A DNA stretch of 64,000 nucleotides from an uncultured delta proteobacterium (GTDB taxonomy: Bacteria; Desulfobacterota; Syntrophobacteria; BM002). Shown here one piece after another: positions 1 through 8,820 of this stretch. The notes under the pieces are model-generated. The model worked only from the letters and a program-made list of their open reading frames with translations. It had not been told where the DNA came from and searched no databases. Numbering within the stretch: position 1 is the first letter of the stretch; every line of letters starts with the position of its first letter. A program made the position numbers and the translations under genes. Where the stretch lies: NCBI GenBank assembly GCA_963712115.1, contig CAVQGX010000030.1, positions 64,001-128,000 on the forward strand, written 5' to 3'.

Positions 1-164
1 CTGCTTTGTTTCGGCTGGGCAATGCTCTTTATTGCTCCGGCAACCCGGATGATGTCCGCACCAGCCTCAACAAGTTCTTGTTCAGCGAGGAATTTGGCGA
101 GTGAATCATGGAGACGAAAATCCATACAATAGACCAGACAAGCCTTGCATTGGTGTGCTCCCAT
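1..164 (-). CDS. Putative carbonic anhydrase-like protein (beta-class-like), 5' part; runs off the window edge
   Basis: Not in the ORF track. My translation from ATG 164 reads MGAHQCKACLVYCMDFRLHDSLAKFLAEQELVEAGADIIRVAGAIKSI..., with the C-x-D-x-R Zn motif and a purine-rich RBS-like GAAAGGATTAAGGG upstream. Confidence 0.6.
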   Translation of the reverse strand, partial: MGAHQCKACLVYCMDFRLHDSLAKFLAEQELVEAGADIIRVAGAIKSIAQPKQS

Positions 165-685
165 TACCCTTAATCCTTTCGTTGGCGAATGTGGTTGAGC
201 GATATTTTTCCGGGAAAAACCAGAAAAGGAAACAAGTGCTAAAGCTTATACTCGTTATAGGAAGTTCGCTGGAGTTTACCCCAAGTTGACGAAAACATGC
301 AAGAGTCAAGACTCCAGGAGTTTTCCCAAAAAAGAGTCGATCATTCTTCTTGCCTGTGTTTAAGAGCCGGTTTACCTTGGTGTGTCAATAAAAGTGGTTT
401 TGCTGATGTCTCTTCTGTTGTTCCCTCCGGGGCTTAGACCCCTACGGGCCGGAGGCCAGAGCTCATCGGCCTGCGCGGAGTCACTTCTAGCCCTGCTGTC
501 ACCGGAGGCAGACTGCAGGGGTCATCAATTGCTCGTTGCCGAGTAGCTTTCCCGTAGCCTAGGTGACAAAAATATTTTTGGGAAACTTCTGACGATTTAA
601 AGGTTGAATATTTTTCCAAATGGGGTAAAAGAAACAGTTGACTTTGAGGAGGATTTTAGTTGGCTTTGATAAGGAGTAACTCATA

Positions 686-1651
686 ATGCGCATTCTTTCA
701 GGTATTCAACCTTCAGGCAGCCTGCACATAGGCAACTACTTCGGCATGATGAAACCCATGATAGCCTATCAAGAGGAAAACGAGCTCTATTGCTTTATTG
801 TGAACTATCACGCCATGACTTCAGTGACAAGCAGAGAACAACTTGCTACGGGGACCATGGAAGCGGCAGTCGACTTCCTTGCCCTCGGATTGGATCCTGA
901 CAGGGCAATCTTTTGGGTACAATCAGATGTGCCTGAGGTGACCGAGTTGACCTGGATCCTTAACAATGTTACCCCCGTTGGCCTCTTACTCAGGAGCCAT
1001 TCCTACAAAGATAAAATCGCCCAGGGGATATCGCCAAGTCACGGCCTTCTTTCTTATCCGGTACTTATGGCCGCAGATATTCTTCTTTACCAGTCACAGA
1101 AGGTACCAGTGGGGCAAGACCAGCAGCAGCATTTGGAAATTGCACGAGACATCGCCATTAAGTTTAATCATTTGTTCGGGGAGACCTTTGTAATTCCCGA
1201 GGCGGAAATCAATCCCAATATACCTACTGTTTTGGGGATAGACGGCAGGAAGATGAGTAAGTCGTACGACAATACCATTGAAATTTTCGCTGAAGAGCAA
1301 GTGCTACGAACAAAAATTGCCTCCATAGTGACCGATTCCAGCCCTGTGGCCGCACCCAAGGACCCGGACAAATGTAACCTCTTCGCCATTGTCTCCTTGT
1401 TTCTAACTGAGGGGGAAAAGGCTGAGCTAGCGGACCGGTATCGTCGTGGGGGTCTAAAATATAGTGATATCAAGGAAAAACTTTTCAGTTTGATTTGGGA
1501 TTTTTTTGCAGAGGCCCGTAGCAAGCGTGAGCGATTGCAGCGCAATCCTGACCAGATTCGTGACATCTTGAAAGCCGGCGCTGAGAAAGCCAGGAGAAAG
1601 GGTCTTCCAACCCTAGAGATGGTAAGAAAGAAGGTAGGACTGGCTTACTAA
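686..1651 (+). CDS. trpS: Tryptophanyl-tRNA synthetase
   Basis: SGIQPSGSLHIGNY (HIGH-like), VPVGQDQQQHLE and KMSKS motifs; AAGGAG RBS. Confidence 0.97.
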   Translation: MRILSGIQPSGSLHIGNYFGMMKPMIAYQEENELYCFIVNYHAMTSVTSREQLATGTMEAAVDFLALGLDPDRAIFWVQSDVPEVTELTWILNNVTPVGLLLRSHSYKDKIAQGISPSHGLLSYPVLMAADILLYQSQKVPVGQDQQQHLEIARDIAIKFNHLFGETFVIPEAEINPNIPTVLGIDGRKMSKSYDNTIEIFAEEQVLRTKIASIVTDSSPVAAPKDPDKCNLFAIVSLFLTEGEKAELADRYRRGGLKYSDIKEKLFSLIWDFFAEARSKRERLQRNPDQIRDILKAGAEKARRKGLPTLEMVRKKVGLAY

Positions 1652-1689
1652 GGAATAAAATATGAAGGGATAAACTGTTTCAGCCGATA

Positions 1690-2463
1690 TTACTCATCTT
1701 CAAGTTGATTTATATCCTCTACCATGCGCTTTGTATGCCAATCAATCTGACGGCAGATGCCGCGAATTATCTTAACATCCCGCGCTTGAAGTCCCACCCT
1801 GGAAAAGAAACGTCGGATGTTTTGCATCCAGTAGTCCGGGTTTTCCGTATTGATAAAGTTGATCTTGAGAAAGGTCTCCTTTAACTGTTCATACATGCCG
1901 TCGAGCTCCCGCCGGGTTGCCAGCCGTGGGACGAACTGCTCAACCGGTTGGTTTCCTGCCAGCCTGAGTTCATAGCAGAGGATCATAACTGCCTGTGCCA
2001 GATTCAGCGAGGAAAAGGTTGAAGTGGGAATTGTAACCAGGGAGTGACAATAGCGTAGTTGAGCGTTGGTGAGCCCCCGATCCTCGGGACCGAATAGCAA
2101 GGCAACCCTGTTGTTGTGGCAGATTGGTACCAACTCTGATGCTATTTCCCGAGGGGTTTCCAATTGCCTCCGGTGCCCTCCGGTACGAGCCGTGGTTCCA
2201 ACCACGTAATTGAAGGATTGCAGGGCGGTGCGCAGATCTGAAAACAGCTCCATATTTTCCACTAGGTCGGCCACCGAAAGAGTCGCCACTTTAAGTATTC
2301 GAGTAAGGTCACAATTCTTCGGAGAAACCAGTATTAGCCGGGAGATCCCCATGTTAGCGGCTGCCCGCGCTACAGCTCCTATATTTTCAGGGATTTGCGG
2401 GCGATGCAACACAATCGCTATCTGGTCTAAGTAAGATGTAGAGTCTTTCATGGATCGCCTCAT
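1690..2463 (-). CDS. trmJ: SPOUT tRNA/rRNA methyltransferase, TrmJ/LasT family
   Basis: PENIGAVARAAANMG, VGTTAR, FGPEDRGL and SLNLAQAV motifs. The start may be ATG 2451. Confidence 0.85.
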   Translation of the reverse strand: MRRSMKDSTSYLDQIAIVLHRPQIPENIGAVARAAANMGISRLILVSPKNCDLTRILKVATLSVADLVENMELFSDLRTALQSFNYVVGTTARTGGHRRQLETPREIASELVPICHNNRVALLFGPEDRGLTNAQLRYCHSLVTIPTSTFSSLNLAQAVMILCYELRLAGNQPVEQFVPRLATRRELDGMYEQLKETFLKINFINTENPDYWMQNIRRFFSRVGLQARDVKIIRGICRQIDWHTKRMVEDINQLEDE

Positions 2464-2567
2464 TGTAAGTACAGGTTAGCTCAGGGTAGTATACCTCAGC
2501 TTCACCTTTGTTTTAAAGCCGTCAGCCGAGCTTAGTGGGAAGTGAGATGCTGTGGAACTTCCATGGG

Positions 2568-2676
2568 CAGAAGACAGCTGGCAGCAGGTACAACTTAGAG
2601 GTCAGAGATCAGATGTCGGAGGTCAGGGTTAAAGCTGATCTCTGACTTCTGACCTCTGTGATGGACGCCTTCAACT
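2568..2676. repeat. Family A palindromic heptamer element (CAGAGGT/ACCTCTG arms), gene-less
   Basis: agaggtcagagatcagatgtcggaggtcagggttaaagctgatctctgacttctgacctctgtgatggacg. It is near-identical to 4394-4488 and to the reverse complement of 53339-53433. Confidence 0.9.
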
Positions 2677-2687
2677 TGGAGACCTTG

Positions 2688-2717
2688 TTGACATGAATCA
2701 GACCTCCCTATTAGAAT
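2688..2717 (+). promoter_or_regulatory. Candidate sigma70 promoter for the amrB/A-amrS genes
   Basis: TTGACA-N18-TAGAAT about 90 bp upstream of the CDS. Confidence 0.4.
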
Positions 2718-2808
2718 AGGATCGATTCATCAGCGCTGAAAATAAATGTTACTTATCTCGCCTCGCTCCTAGCCTGCCCTCAAAGACACGAAAGGTTGCG
2801 CTGACAAG

Positions 2809-4338
2809 ATGGCTCTCCGATTTCTATTTGTTGTCACCCTGGCCGTCTCATTTGTATTGTTCACCAGCTCCAACACTCCTGACGCGGCCGCCATGGAGGG
2901 TAATACTATGCCGTTGGAACAAACCCGTGAGTCGGTGATTGCCGGGTCGTGGTATCCGGGGAATGCCTCTCTTCTGCAGCAAGAAGTCCAGGCCTATCTG
3001 AGCCAGGCTTCGGTTGCGGATTTCAAAGGGCAACTGATCGCACTCATATCGCCCCATGCTGGTTACCGCTATTCTGGACAGGTTGCTGCCTATGCTTACA
3101 AGACCTTGGAAATGCACAAATTCGATACTGTAGTGGTAATTGCTCCTAGCCATCGGGCCTACTTTAAGGGCGTATCAGTGTATGACCGAGGGGGCTACCG
3201 CACGCCACTTGGAGTGGTGCCACTAGACAGGGAATTGGTGGCAGCACTCAAACAACGAGAAAGTAGAATTAGCTATGTTGCCAAGGCCCATAGCCAGGAA
3301 CATTCCCTTGAGATCCAGCTTCCCTTTCTTCAGGTTGTCATGCCTGAAAGCAAACTTGTTCCTCTTGTAATGGGGGATCAGAGTTTTGACACCTGTCAGT
3401 GGTTAGCCCAAGCGCTGGCGCACTGCATCAGGGACAAATCGGTGGTAGTGGTAGCCAGTTCTGATCTGTCCCATTTCCATCCTTACAACGAGGCAAAAAT
3501 ACTGGATCAGGTGGTGGTCGACAGGGTAAATGAATTCGATCCGCGGGGGCTTAGCAATGATCTTGCCGGGGGCAAATGTGAGGCCTGCGGTGGCGGTCCT
3601 ATGGTTACTGCCATGCTGCTTGCCCGTGAGTTAGGGGCAAATAAGAGCCGCGTGTTGCACTACGCCAATTCTGGCGACGTTACTGGTGATCACAGCGGCG
3701 TGGTGGGATACATGGCTGCTGCCTTGTGGGCGAATCCTAAGAAAGCCAGAGGGCAGAAGCAGGGAGATCAACGGGTTGGTGTGGATTTGGGGCTCACCTC
3801 AGGGGAGAAAGTGCAGCTGTTGAAAATTGCTCGAGATGTTGTGGAGACCTACTGCCGGGGCGGGAAGCCCCCTAAACTCGAGGTTGACTCTCCCACTCTG
3901 AATGAGCCAAGGGGTGCATTTGTGACCCTCCACAAGGATGGAAAGCTCAGGGGGTGCATAGGTCACATACGGGCGCGAAAACCTTTGATTGAAACCATTG
4001 TCGAGATGGCAGAGGCCGCTGCCTTCCAGGATCCCCGTTTCCCCCCCGTAACTTCAGAGGAATTAGGCCAGCTGGAATATGAGATCTCTGTTCTCACCCC
4101 ACTTCGACGAATAAAAGATGTGGAAGAAATACAAGTTGGCATACACGGAATCTATATGAAACGTGGGGTCTCAAGTGGACTGCTACTGCCGCAAGTGGCA
4201 ACTGAATGGGGCTGGGACCGTACCACTTTTTTGAAGCACACCTGCACCAAGGCCGGCTTGCCGGAGGATGCCTGGAAGGATAAGAAAACAGAGATCTATA
4301 TCTTCTCTGCTGATGTGTTCTCTCCAGATGATCTGTAA
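2809..4338 (+). CDS. amrB: AmmeMemoRadiSam system protein B (MEMO1-like) fused to protein A (AMMECR1-like), with a signal-peptide-like N-terminus
   Basis: MEMO motifs IAGSWYP, PHAGYRYSG, EHSLEIQLPFLQ, SSDLSH, CGGGP and VVGY; AMMECR1 motifs GAFVTL, LRGCIG, DPRF, EISVL, LLPQVA and KAGLP. Confidence 0.92.
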   Translation: MALRFLFVVTLAVSFVLFTSSNTPDAAAMEGNTMPLEQTRESVIAGSWYPGNASLLQQEVQAYLSQASVADFKGQLIALISPHAGYRYSGQVAAYAYKTLEMHKFDTVVVIAPSHRAYFKGVSVYDRGGYRTPLGVVPLDRELVAALKQRESRISYVAKAHSQEHSLEIQLPFLQVVMPESKLVPLVMGDQSFDTCQWLAQALAHCIRDKSVVVVASSDLSHFHPYNEAKILDQVVVDRVNEFDPRGLSNDLAGGKCEACGGGPMVTAMLLARELGANKSRVLHYANSGDVTGDHSGVVGYMAAALWANPKKARGQKQGDQRVGVDLGLTSGEKVQLLKIARDVVETYCRGGKPPKLEVDSPTLNEPRGAFVTLHKDGKLRGCIGHIRARKPLIETIVEMAEAAAFQDPRFPPVTSEELGQLEYEISVLTPLRRIKDVEEIQVGIHGIYMKRGVSSGLLLPQVATEWGWDRTTFLKHTCTKAGLPEDAWKDKKTEIYIFSADVFSPDDL

Positions 4339-4533
4339 GCAGAGGTCAAAGGTGAGAGGACAGAAAACAGCTGGCAAGAGGCAGAAGGCAGCCGGCAGCA
4401 GGTAGAACTTAGAGGTCAGAGATCAGATGTCTGAGGTCAGGTTTAAAGCTGATCTCTGATCTCCGACTTCTGATCTCTGTGATGGACGCCCTCAACGACT
4501 TGAACGATTTCAAGGGTTTCAACGGTTTTAAAC
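4339..4533. repeat. Composite intergenic repeat: family A element plus (AACGAYTTN)n tail
   Basis: Tandem heptamers cagaggt/cagagat with an inverted arm, followed by ctcaacgacttgaacgatttcaagggtttcaacgg. Confidence 0.88.
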
Positions 4534-4535
4534 AA

Positions 4536-5699
4536 ATGAAAGAAAGGATTAGTAGGCGAGATTTTTTGAAAAAATGCGGCCGCTGCGCCCTCCTAAGTTT
4601 GACCCTGGAGTCCGCTGTCTTAATAGCCACGACCTCCCATTCGCAGGCTTTGGGGTTAAAGAAAGGTTACCTGGGCCGCAAGCTTTCGCCTTTTTTCACT
4701 CCCCTCGAAGACGGTAGCGTGCGCTGCGAGCTTTGCCCCCACCTCTGCGAAGTGGAAGAGGGAGAAAGGGGTTATTGTGAAGTGCGGGAAAACATTGGTG
4801 GTCGTTACTATTCACTAGTCTACGGTAACCCCTGTGCAGTGCATGTGGATCCCATAGAAAAGAAGCCATTTTATCATGTCCTTCCCACCAGTCGGTCTTT
4901 CTCCATTGCCACCGCGGGATGCAATTTCGATTGCAAATTTTGTCAAAACTGGGAAATCTCACAAGCCCGGCCGGACGACACCCACAATTACGACCTGCCC
5001 CCTGAACAGGCGGTGGAGTTGGCCTTACAGTATAAATGCCAATCAATCGCCTCCACCTATGTAGAGCCCACAATCTTTACCGAATACATGATCGACATTG
5101 GTATGCTTGCTCAGAAGCATGGGGTTTTGAAGGTCATGCATTCCAACGGGTACATCAACTGGGCCCCTCTTCAGGAACTAGGTAAGTATCTGAACGCTGC
5201 CTGCATTGACCTGAAGGGTTTTAGTGAGTCCTACTATCGAAATCTTACCGAGGGATCTCTTGAGCCCGTTCTGGAGACACTTAAACGGCTGAAGAATTTG
5301 GGTATCCACACTGAAATTGTCAATTTGGTAATTCCGGGAAAGAATGATGATATGGAAGAGGTGGCTGCCATGTGCAGGTGGATCAAAAAAGAACTGGGGC
5401 CAGATGTGCCGCTGCACTTCAGTCGGTTTTATCCCCTCTACAAACTGAAGAGTTTGCCGCCAACCCCGGTATCTACGCTGGAGCGGGCTCGTGACACGGC
5501 CCTCAAGGAGGGCCTCTATTTTGTCTACATTGGAAATGTGCCCGGTCATCCTGGCGAACACACTGATTGTCCCCGATGCAAAACCAGGATTATTCAGCGC
5601 TGGGGATACAAGGTTCAGGTGTTACATTTAAAAAAAGACCGCTGTGACCAGTGCGGTCAGCCAATACCCGGGATTTGGCAACTTCCTCAGAAGACGTAG
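4536..5699 (+). CDS. amrS: AmmeMemoRadiSam system radical SAM enzyme with a twin-arginine-like N-terminus
   Basis: CNFDCKFC radical SAM motif, CELCPHLC, DPIEKKP, PLHFSRFYP and VYIGNV. The N-terminus MKERISRRDFLKK is followed by a hydrophobic stretch. The ORF-track extension 4479-4535 is repeat-derived. Confidence 0.93.
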   Translation: MKERISRRDFLKKCGRCALLSLTLESAVLIATTSHSQALGLKKGYLGRKLSPFFTPLEDGSVRCELCPHLCEVEEGERGYCEVRENIGGRYYSLVYGNPCAVHVDPIEKKPFYHVLPTSRSFSIATAGCNFDCKFCQNWEISQARPDDTHNYDLPPEQAVELALQYKCQSIASTYVEPTIFTEYMIDIGMLAQKHGVLKVMHSNGYINWAPLQELGKYLNAACIDLKGFSESYYRNLTEGSLEPVLETLKRLKNLGIHTEIVNLVIPGKNDDMEEVAAMCRWIKKELGPDVPLHFSRFYPLYKLKSLPPTPVSTLERARDTALKEGLYFVYIGNVPGHPGEHTDCPRCKTRIIQRWGYKVQVLHLKKDRCDQCGQPIPGIWQLPQKT

Positions 5700-5727
5700 T
5701 TTCTCAACTGCCAAATAGCCCGGCTAC

Positions 5728-6705
5728 CTAGTCTACTCCTTGAAAGAATTCTTTGGCCAGGTCAGTTGCAGTCGCCAGGGAATCCGCATTGTGGACCAGA
5801 CTCCATAGGGTGTGACCAAAGGCATAGTTTTGGGAGAAGTAAAAAGTAAACCGCTTGAGGAGAGGAAGGGTATATTCAGGTTCCATTGAGTTTTCCAAGA
5901 GTGAAATAAAACGGTTAAAGGCCTCGACCGGATCTGGACATTTGTTGTGGTAAAGCTCAGGTGAGAGCAAATTGGCTATTTGGTGGAAGAGCCATGGGCT
6001 CTGGACCGCAGCGCGGCCAATCATAACCCCGTCGCACCCAGTAAACTCGAACATGCGCATGGCAGCCTGGGGTGAATTGACGTCGCCGTTTCCGATAACA
6101 GGTATATCCAGAAGTTCTTTTATCCTGCCAATATACTCCCAGCGAGCCGGCCTCTTGAGCCTATCCTGCTTCAGCCGTGGGTGTACACAAACCGCATCCA
6201 CCCCATTGTCCTGAAGCATGAAACAAAAATCCCGCAGCCCGTTCCAGTTCAATGTCCAACCCAAACGGATTTTTGCGGTGAGCGGCAGGTCAGTGGCTTT
6301 GCGGCTAGCTCTGACTATGGCTTGTGCCCGCTTTGGCTCTTTCATCAAGGCGATGCCGCCTCCGCGTTTGGCTATCAATGCGGTGGTGCATCCCATGTTC
6401 AGATCGATGCCATCTCCGCCGCAGGACTCGACCTTTTCTATGGCAGCTGGCAGTTCCTCGGGGTGGGATACCAGTAATTGGTAAGTAATTGGCCGTTGTT
6501 GAGCGGTGCTCCGCAGCCAGGGCGATGAATCGGGCGCCTCTGAGGGAAGAGCTCGGGCGCTAAGCATTTCGGTGTAGAAGAGACCGCAACCACCTAATTC
6601 AGCCACTAGCTGTCGCAAAACAGTGTGAGTAAGCCCACTCATGGGAGCTAGCATCAGAGGTGGATCCACTTTGAGGTTTTTGATGTAAAAAGATTTTGCT
6701 TGCAT
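5728..6705 (-). CDS. tRNA-dihydrouridine synthase family protein
   Basis: LAPMSG, IDLNMGC, AKIRLGW, VIGNGDV and GVMIGR motifs. Confidence 0.9.
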   Translation of the reverse strand: MQAKSFYIKNLKVDPPLMLAPMSGLTHTVLRQLVAELGGCGLFYTEMLSARALPSEAPDSSPWLRSTAQQRPITYQLLVSHPEELPAAIEKVESCGGDGIDLNMGCTTALIAKRGGGIALMKEPKRAQAIVRASRKATDLPLTAKIRLGWTLNWNGLRDFCFMLQDNGVDAVCVHPRLKQDRLKRPARWEYIGRIKELLDIPVIGNGDVNSPQAAMRMFEFTGCDGVMIGRAAVQSPWLFHQIANLLSPELYHNKCPDPVEAFNRFISLLENSMEPEYTLPLLKRFTFYFSQNYAFGHTLWSLVHNADSLATATDLAKEFFQGVD

Positions 6706-6776
6706 CGAGCTTTATCCAGCCAATTATCGGCTGTTTTCTGGTATTATCGTCCCTACGGCGCTTCACCGATAAAATG

Positions 6777-6893
6777 GCGAGACGGGCGAGACGGGCGAGA
6801 CGGGCGAGGCGGGGGAAACGGTATCAAACTATTGTCTAAAGTATCCACGCTATTTTCTCTCGTCTCGCTCGACCTCTCGACCTCACGTCTCGT
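6777..6893. repeat. Family B palindromic nonamer element (GCGAGACGG / CCGTCTCGC arms), gene-less
   Basis: (ggcgagacg)x3 ... ctcgtctcgctcgacctctcgacctcacgtctcg. These are the same arms that flank the CDS at 58747-59139. Confidence 0.85.
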
Positions 6894-6965
6894 ATGGCAA
6901 AACGCTTCGTGTTTTGCCATAATAGTTTAAGTAGTAACCAACCAAGAGTAAAGAGTGAGGTGTAT

Positions 6966-7793
6966 ATGTTTTGGCTTCTTTTGCTCCTGTTATTTTGGTT
7001 AATGGGTGTTGCTTTTACCTATGTGCTTTTCTATTACGAGTCTGCCAATGGTCCACACCTGGAGGTTCTGCGCTCACGAGGTTCGGTGCCTATTATGATT
7101 CTCAGGGGTTTTCTCTGGAGTCTATACAGCCATTTGCTCGTCTTAGTGACCACAGCAACTGCTTTACACCGCAAATACTACAGCTTGCCACCTGGCCCAG
7201 CCAATAGAACTCCGATTATTTTTGTCCATGGACTTTATCACAACCACACGGCCTGGTACCTTTATCTCCGCTGGTTTCGCCGCTGGGGTTGGAGCCATAT
7301 GAAAGCTATTAACCTGCGGAGAAAATTTCGAACGATCCACGAGTTTGCCCGGATTCTGGCGGACGAAGTTGAAAAGGTAATGGCCGAAAGCCAAAGTGAC
7401 CAGGTGGATTTGGTCGGTCAGAGTATGGGCGGACTTGTGATCAGATCCTATCTGGCGGAAGGCTCTAGCCGAGCTAAAATCCGCAGAGTTGTTACCCTTG
7501 GAAGCCCACACGGAGGCACAAAGCTGGCAGTTTTCGGTCTGGGTCAAGCAGCAAAAGAAATGGTTCCCGGGAGTGCATTTCTGGAATCACTGAATCAGGG
7601 TGTCCAAATTCCAGAAGGTGGTCGTTTTTACGCTATTTACACTATTGTGGACAACATGGTTCTGCCCAACGAATCCACGAAGCTTGCTTGGGATGGGGTG
7701 AAGAATCTGGAGACTAGAATTGTAAATCACGTAGGCTTGGCGTATTGCAAACATACGGCACGGTTAGTAAAAGAGTGCCTGGATGAGGATTAA
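6966..7793 (+). CDS. Membrane-anchored alpha/beta hydrolase (lipase/esterase-like)
   Basis: N-terminal TM helices, IFVHG, GQSMGG nucleophile elbow, LGSPHGG, D-x-x-V and H-x-G. GAGGTG RBS before ATG 6966. Confidence 0.85.
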   Translation: MFWLLLLLLFWLMGVAFTYVLFYYESANGPHLEVLRSRGSVPIMILRGFLWSLYSHLLVLVTTATALHRKYYSLPPGPANRTPIIFVHGLYHNHTAWYLYLRWFRRWGWSHMKAINLRRKFRTIHEFARILADEVEKVMAESQSDQVDLVGQSMGGLVIRSYLAEGSSRAKIRRVVTLGSPHGGTKLAVFGLGQAAKEMVPGSAFLESLNQGVQIPEGGRFYAIYTIVDNMVLPNESTKLAWDGVKNLETRIVNHVGLAYCKHTARLVKECLDED

Positions 7794-7974
7794 CCCGGAT
7801 GTTTCATGAATTGCTTACTACGACCACGGATATGGGCATCCTTCCGTGCGTCCTCGGGTGTTGGCCCCTGCGACGTACCGTTCAGGTACGCCTCGGGACC
7901 AATACCCTGCGGTTGCCCGGTGGCACGCCCATCTTCCTGGTCTCGTGACAGCAATCCATGAAACATCCGGGTTA
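7791..7974. mobile_element. MITE-like element, family M, copy 1 (184 bp)
   Basis: Terminal inverted repeats TAACCCGGATGTTTCATG ... CATGAAACATCCGGGTTA; homologous copies start at 17983, 41751 and 54802. Confidence 0.8.
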
Positions 7975-7989
7975 GGACAGGAGCGGAAA

Positions 7990-8160
7990 ATGGATCGATT
8001 CCAGTGCGCCCAGTGCAATGAAATCTTCTACTTTGATATGGAACTGGAGGGTATGGAAGCTAAAGCGGGTGAGAAATTGTCTTTGGCCTGTCCTCATTGT
8101 GAGCATCAGTGGTCGTATTATATGCCGGAAGATGTTGACAGGGAGATTACTATTCACTGA
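7990..8160 (+). CDS. Small zinc-ribbon protein (56 aa)
   Basis: MDRFQCAQC...CPHCEHQW with two CxxC pairs; AGGAG RBS. The ORF-track extension from 7846 lies inside the MITE. Confidence 0.65.
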   Translation: MDRFQCAQCNEIFYFDMELEGMEAKAGEKLSLACPHCEHQWSYYMPEDVDREITIH

Positions 8161-8274
8161 GTAAAGCGGAGGAATTTATAAGTCAGCTGGTCCGCGCGAG
8201 ATCCGCAGTTTAAGAAAAGAAGACAGGTCTGAAGGAAATGTCAATAGAGATACTAGCTGAACTAGTAACCAATT

Positions 8275-8466
8275 TTAGGCAGCGCGAAGACGGGCGGAAA
8301 ACCAGTGTACTTTCTCTTCTTGAAACCTTACCATGGCTCTTTGAAAGGCCGCTAGTTTGTCACACTCTCTCATGCACAGTTCTCGATCTTCATCTAGCCT
8401 AGGGCAGCCGCGGCAAGGACTCTCAACGGTCTTGATGATCATCCTTTCATTGTAGTCCATATCCAC
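8275..8466 (-). CDS. Small Cys-rich hypothetical protein
   Basis: SPCRGC...LCMREC (4 Cys); G-rich RBS; fills an otherwise empty gap. Confidence 0.55.
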   Translation of the reverse strand: MDMDYNERMIIKTVESPCRGCPRLDEDRELCMRECDKLAAFQRAMVRFQEEKVHWFSARLRAA

Positions 8467-8580
8467 CCCCTCTCGCCCCTAAAGCGAGTTTGGGGTTCAC
8501 AATCATTTAATCTTTTTTCATTTTAGCAAACCTGTTATTTCTGTCAATAGAAACAGGAGAACAAACACCACCTGGACTAA

Positions 8581-8642
8581 GGTTTCAGTATTCAGGTTTC
8601 AGCCTCTCTGTCTCTTCCTCCTGACACCTGAAACCTGACACC
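8581..8642. repeat. Family D heptamer element (GGTKTCA / TGAMACC arms)
   Basis: ggtttcagtattcaggtttcag ... ctgacacctgaaacctgacacc; related copies at 18973 and 22500. Confidence 0.8.
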
Positions 8643-8820
8643 CAGAGTGCTGAGATCGGAAATTTGATGCAGTGGAGGCTTCTATTGTTAGGGTAGGGCA
8701 ATTTTGTTATAGTGAGCCCGCTCTAAGCTACTAGGCCGCATCGAGACAATCTACTTAGTGGCCTTGGCGTCCTTTGCCGATTAATTTTTAAGACTGGTAA
8801 ATTCTGATAGGACGAAAAAA

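Noticed and set aside
480-567. Fluoride riboswitch, hammerhead ribozyme or canonical c-di-GMP-I riboswitch
   Set aside because: UGAUGACCCCU resembles parts of these, but the 5' GGxGAUGG (fluoride), the CUGANGA/GAAA core (hammerhead) and the GEMM junction nucleotides are absent. It is kept only as an unnamed candidate.
4409-4630. Short ORFs made of repeat sequence (also 10517-10738, 14970-15260, 35515-35739, 36391-36603, 43134-43412, 43199-43402)
   Set aside because: They are low-complexity translations of heptamer arrays (QRSEV/LTSDL), with no RBS or domain.
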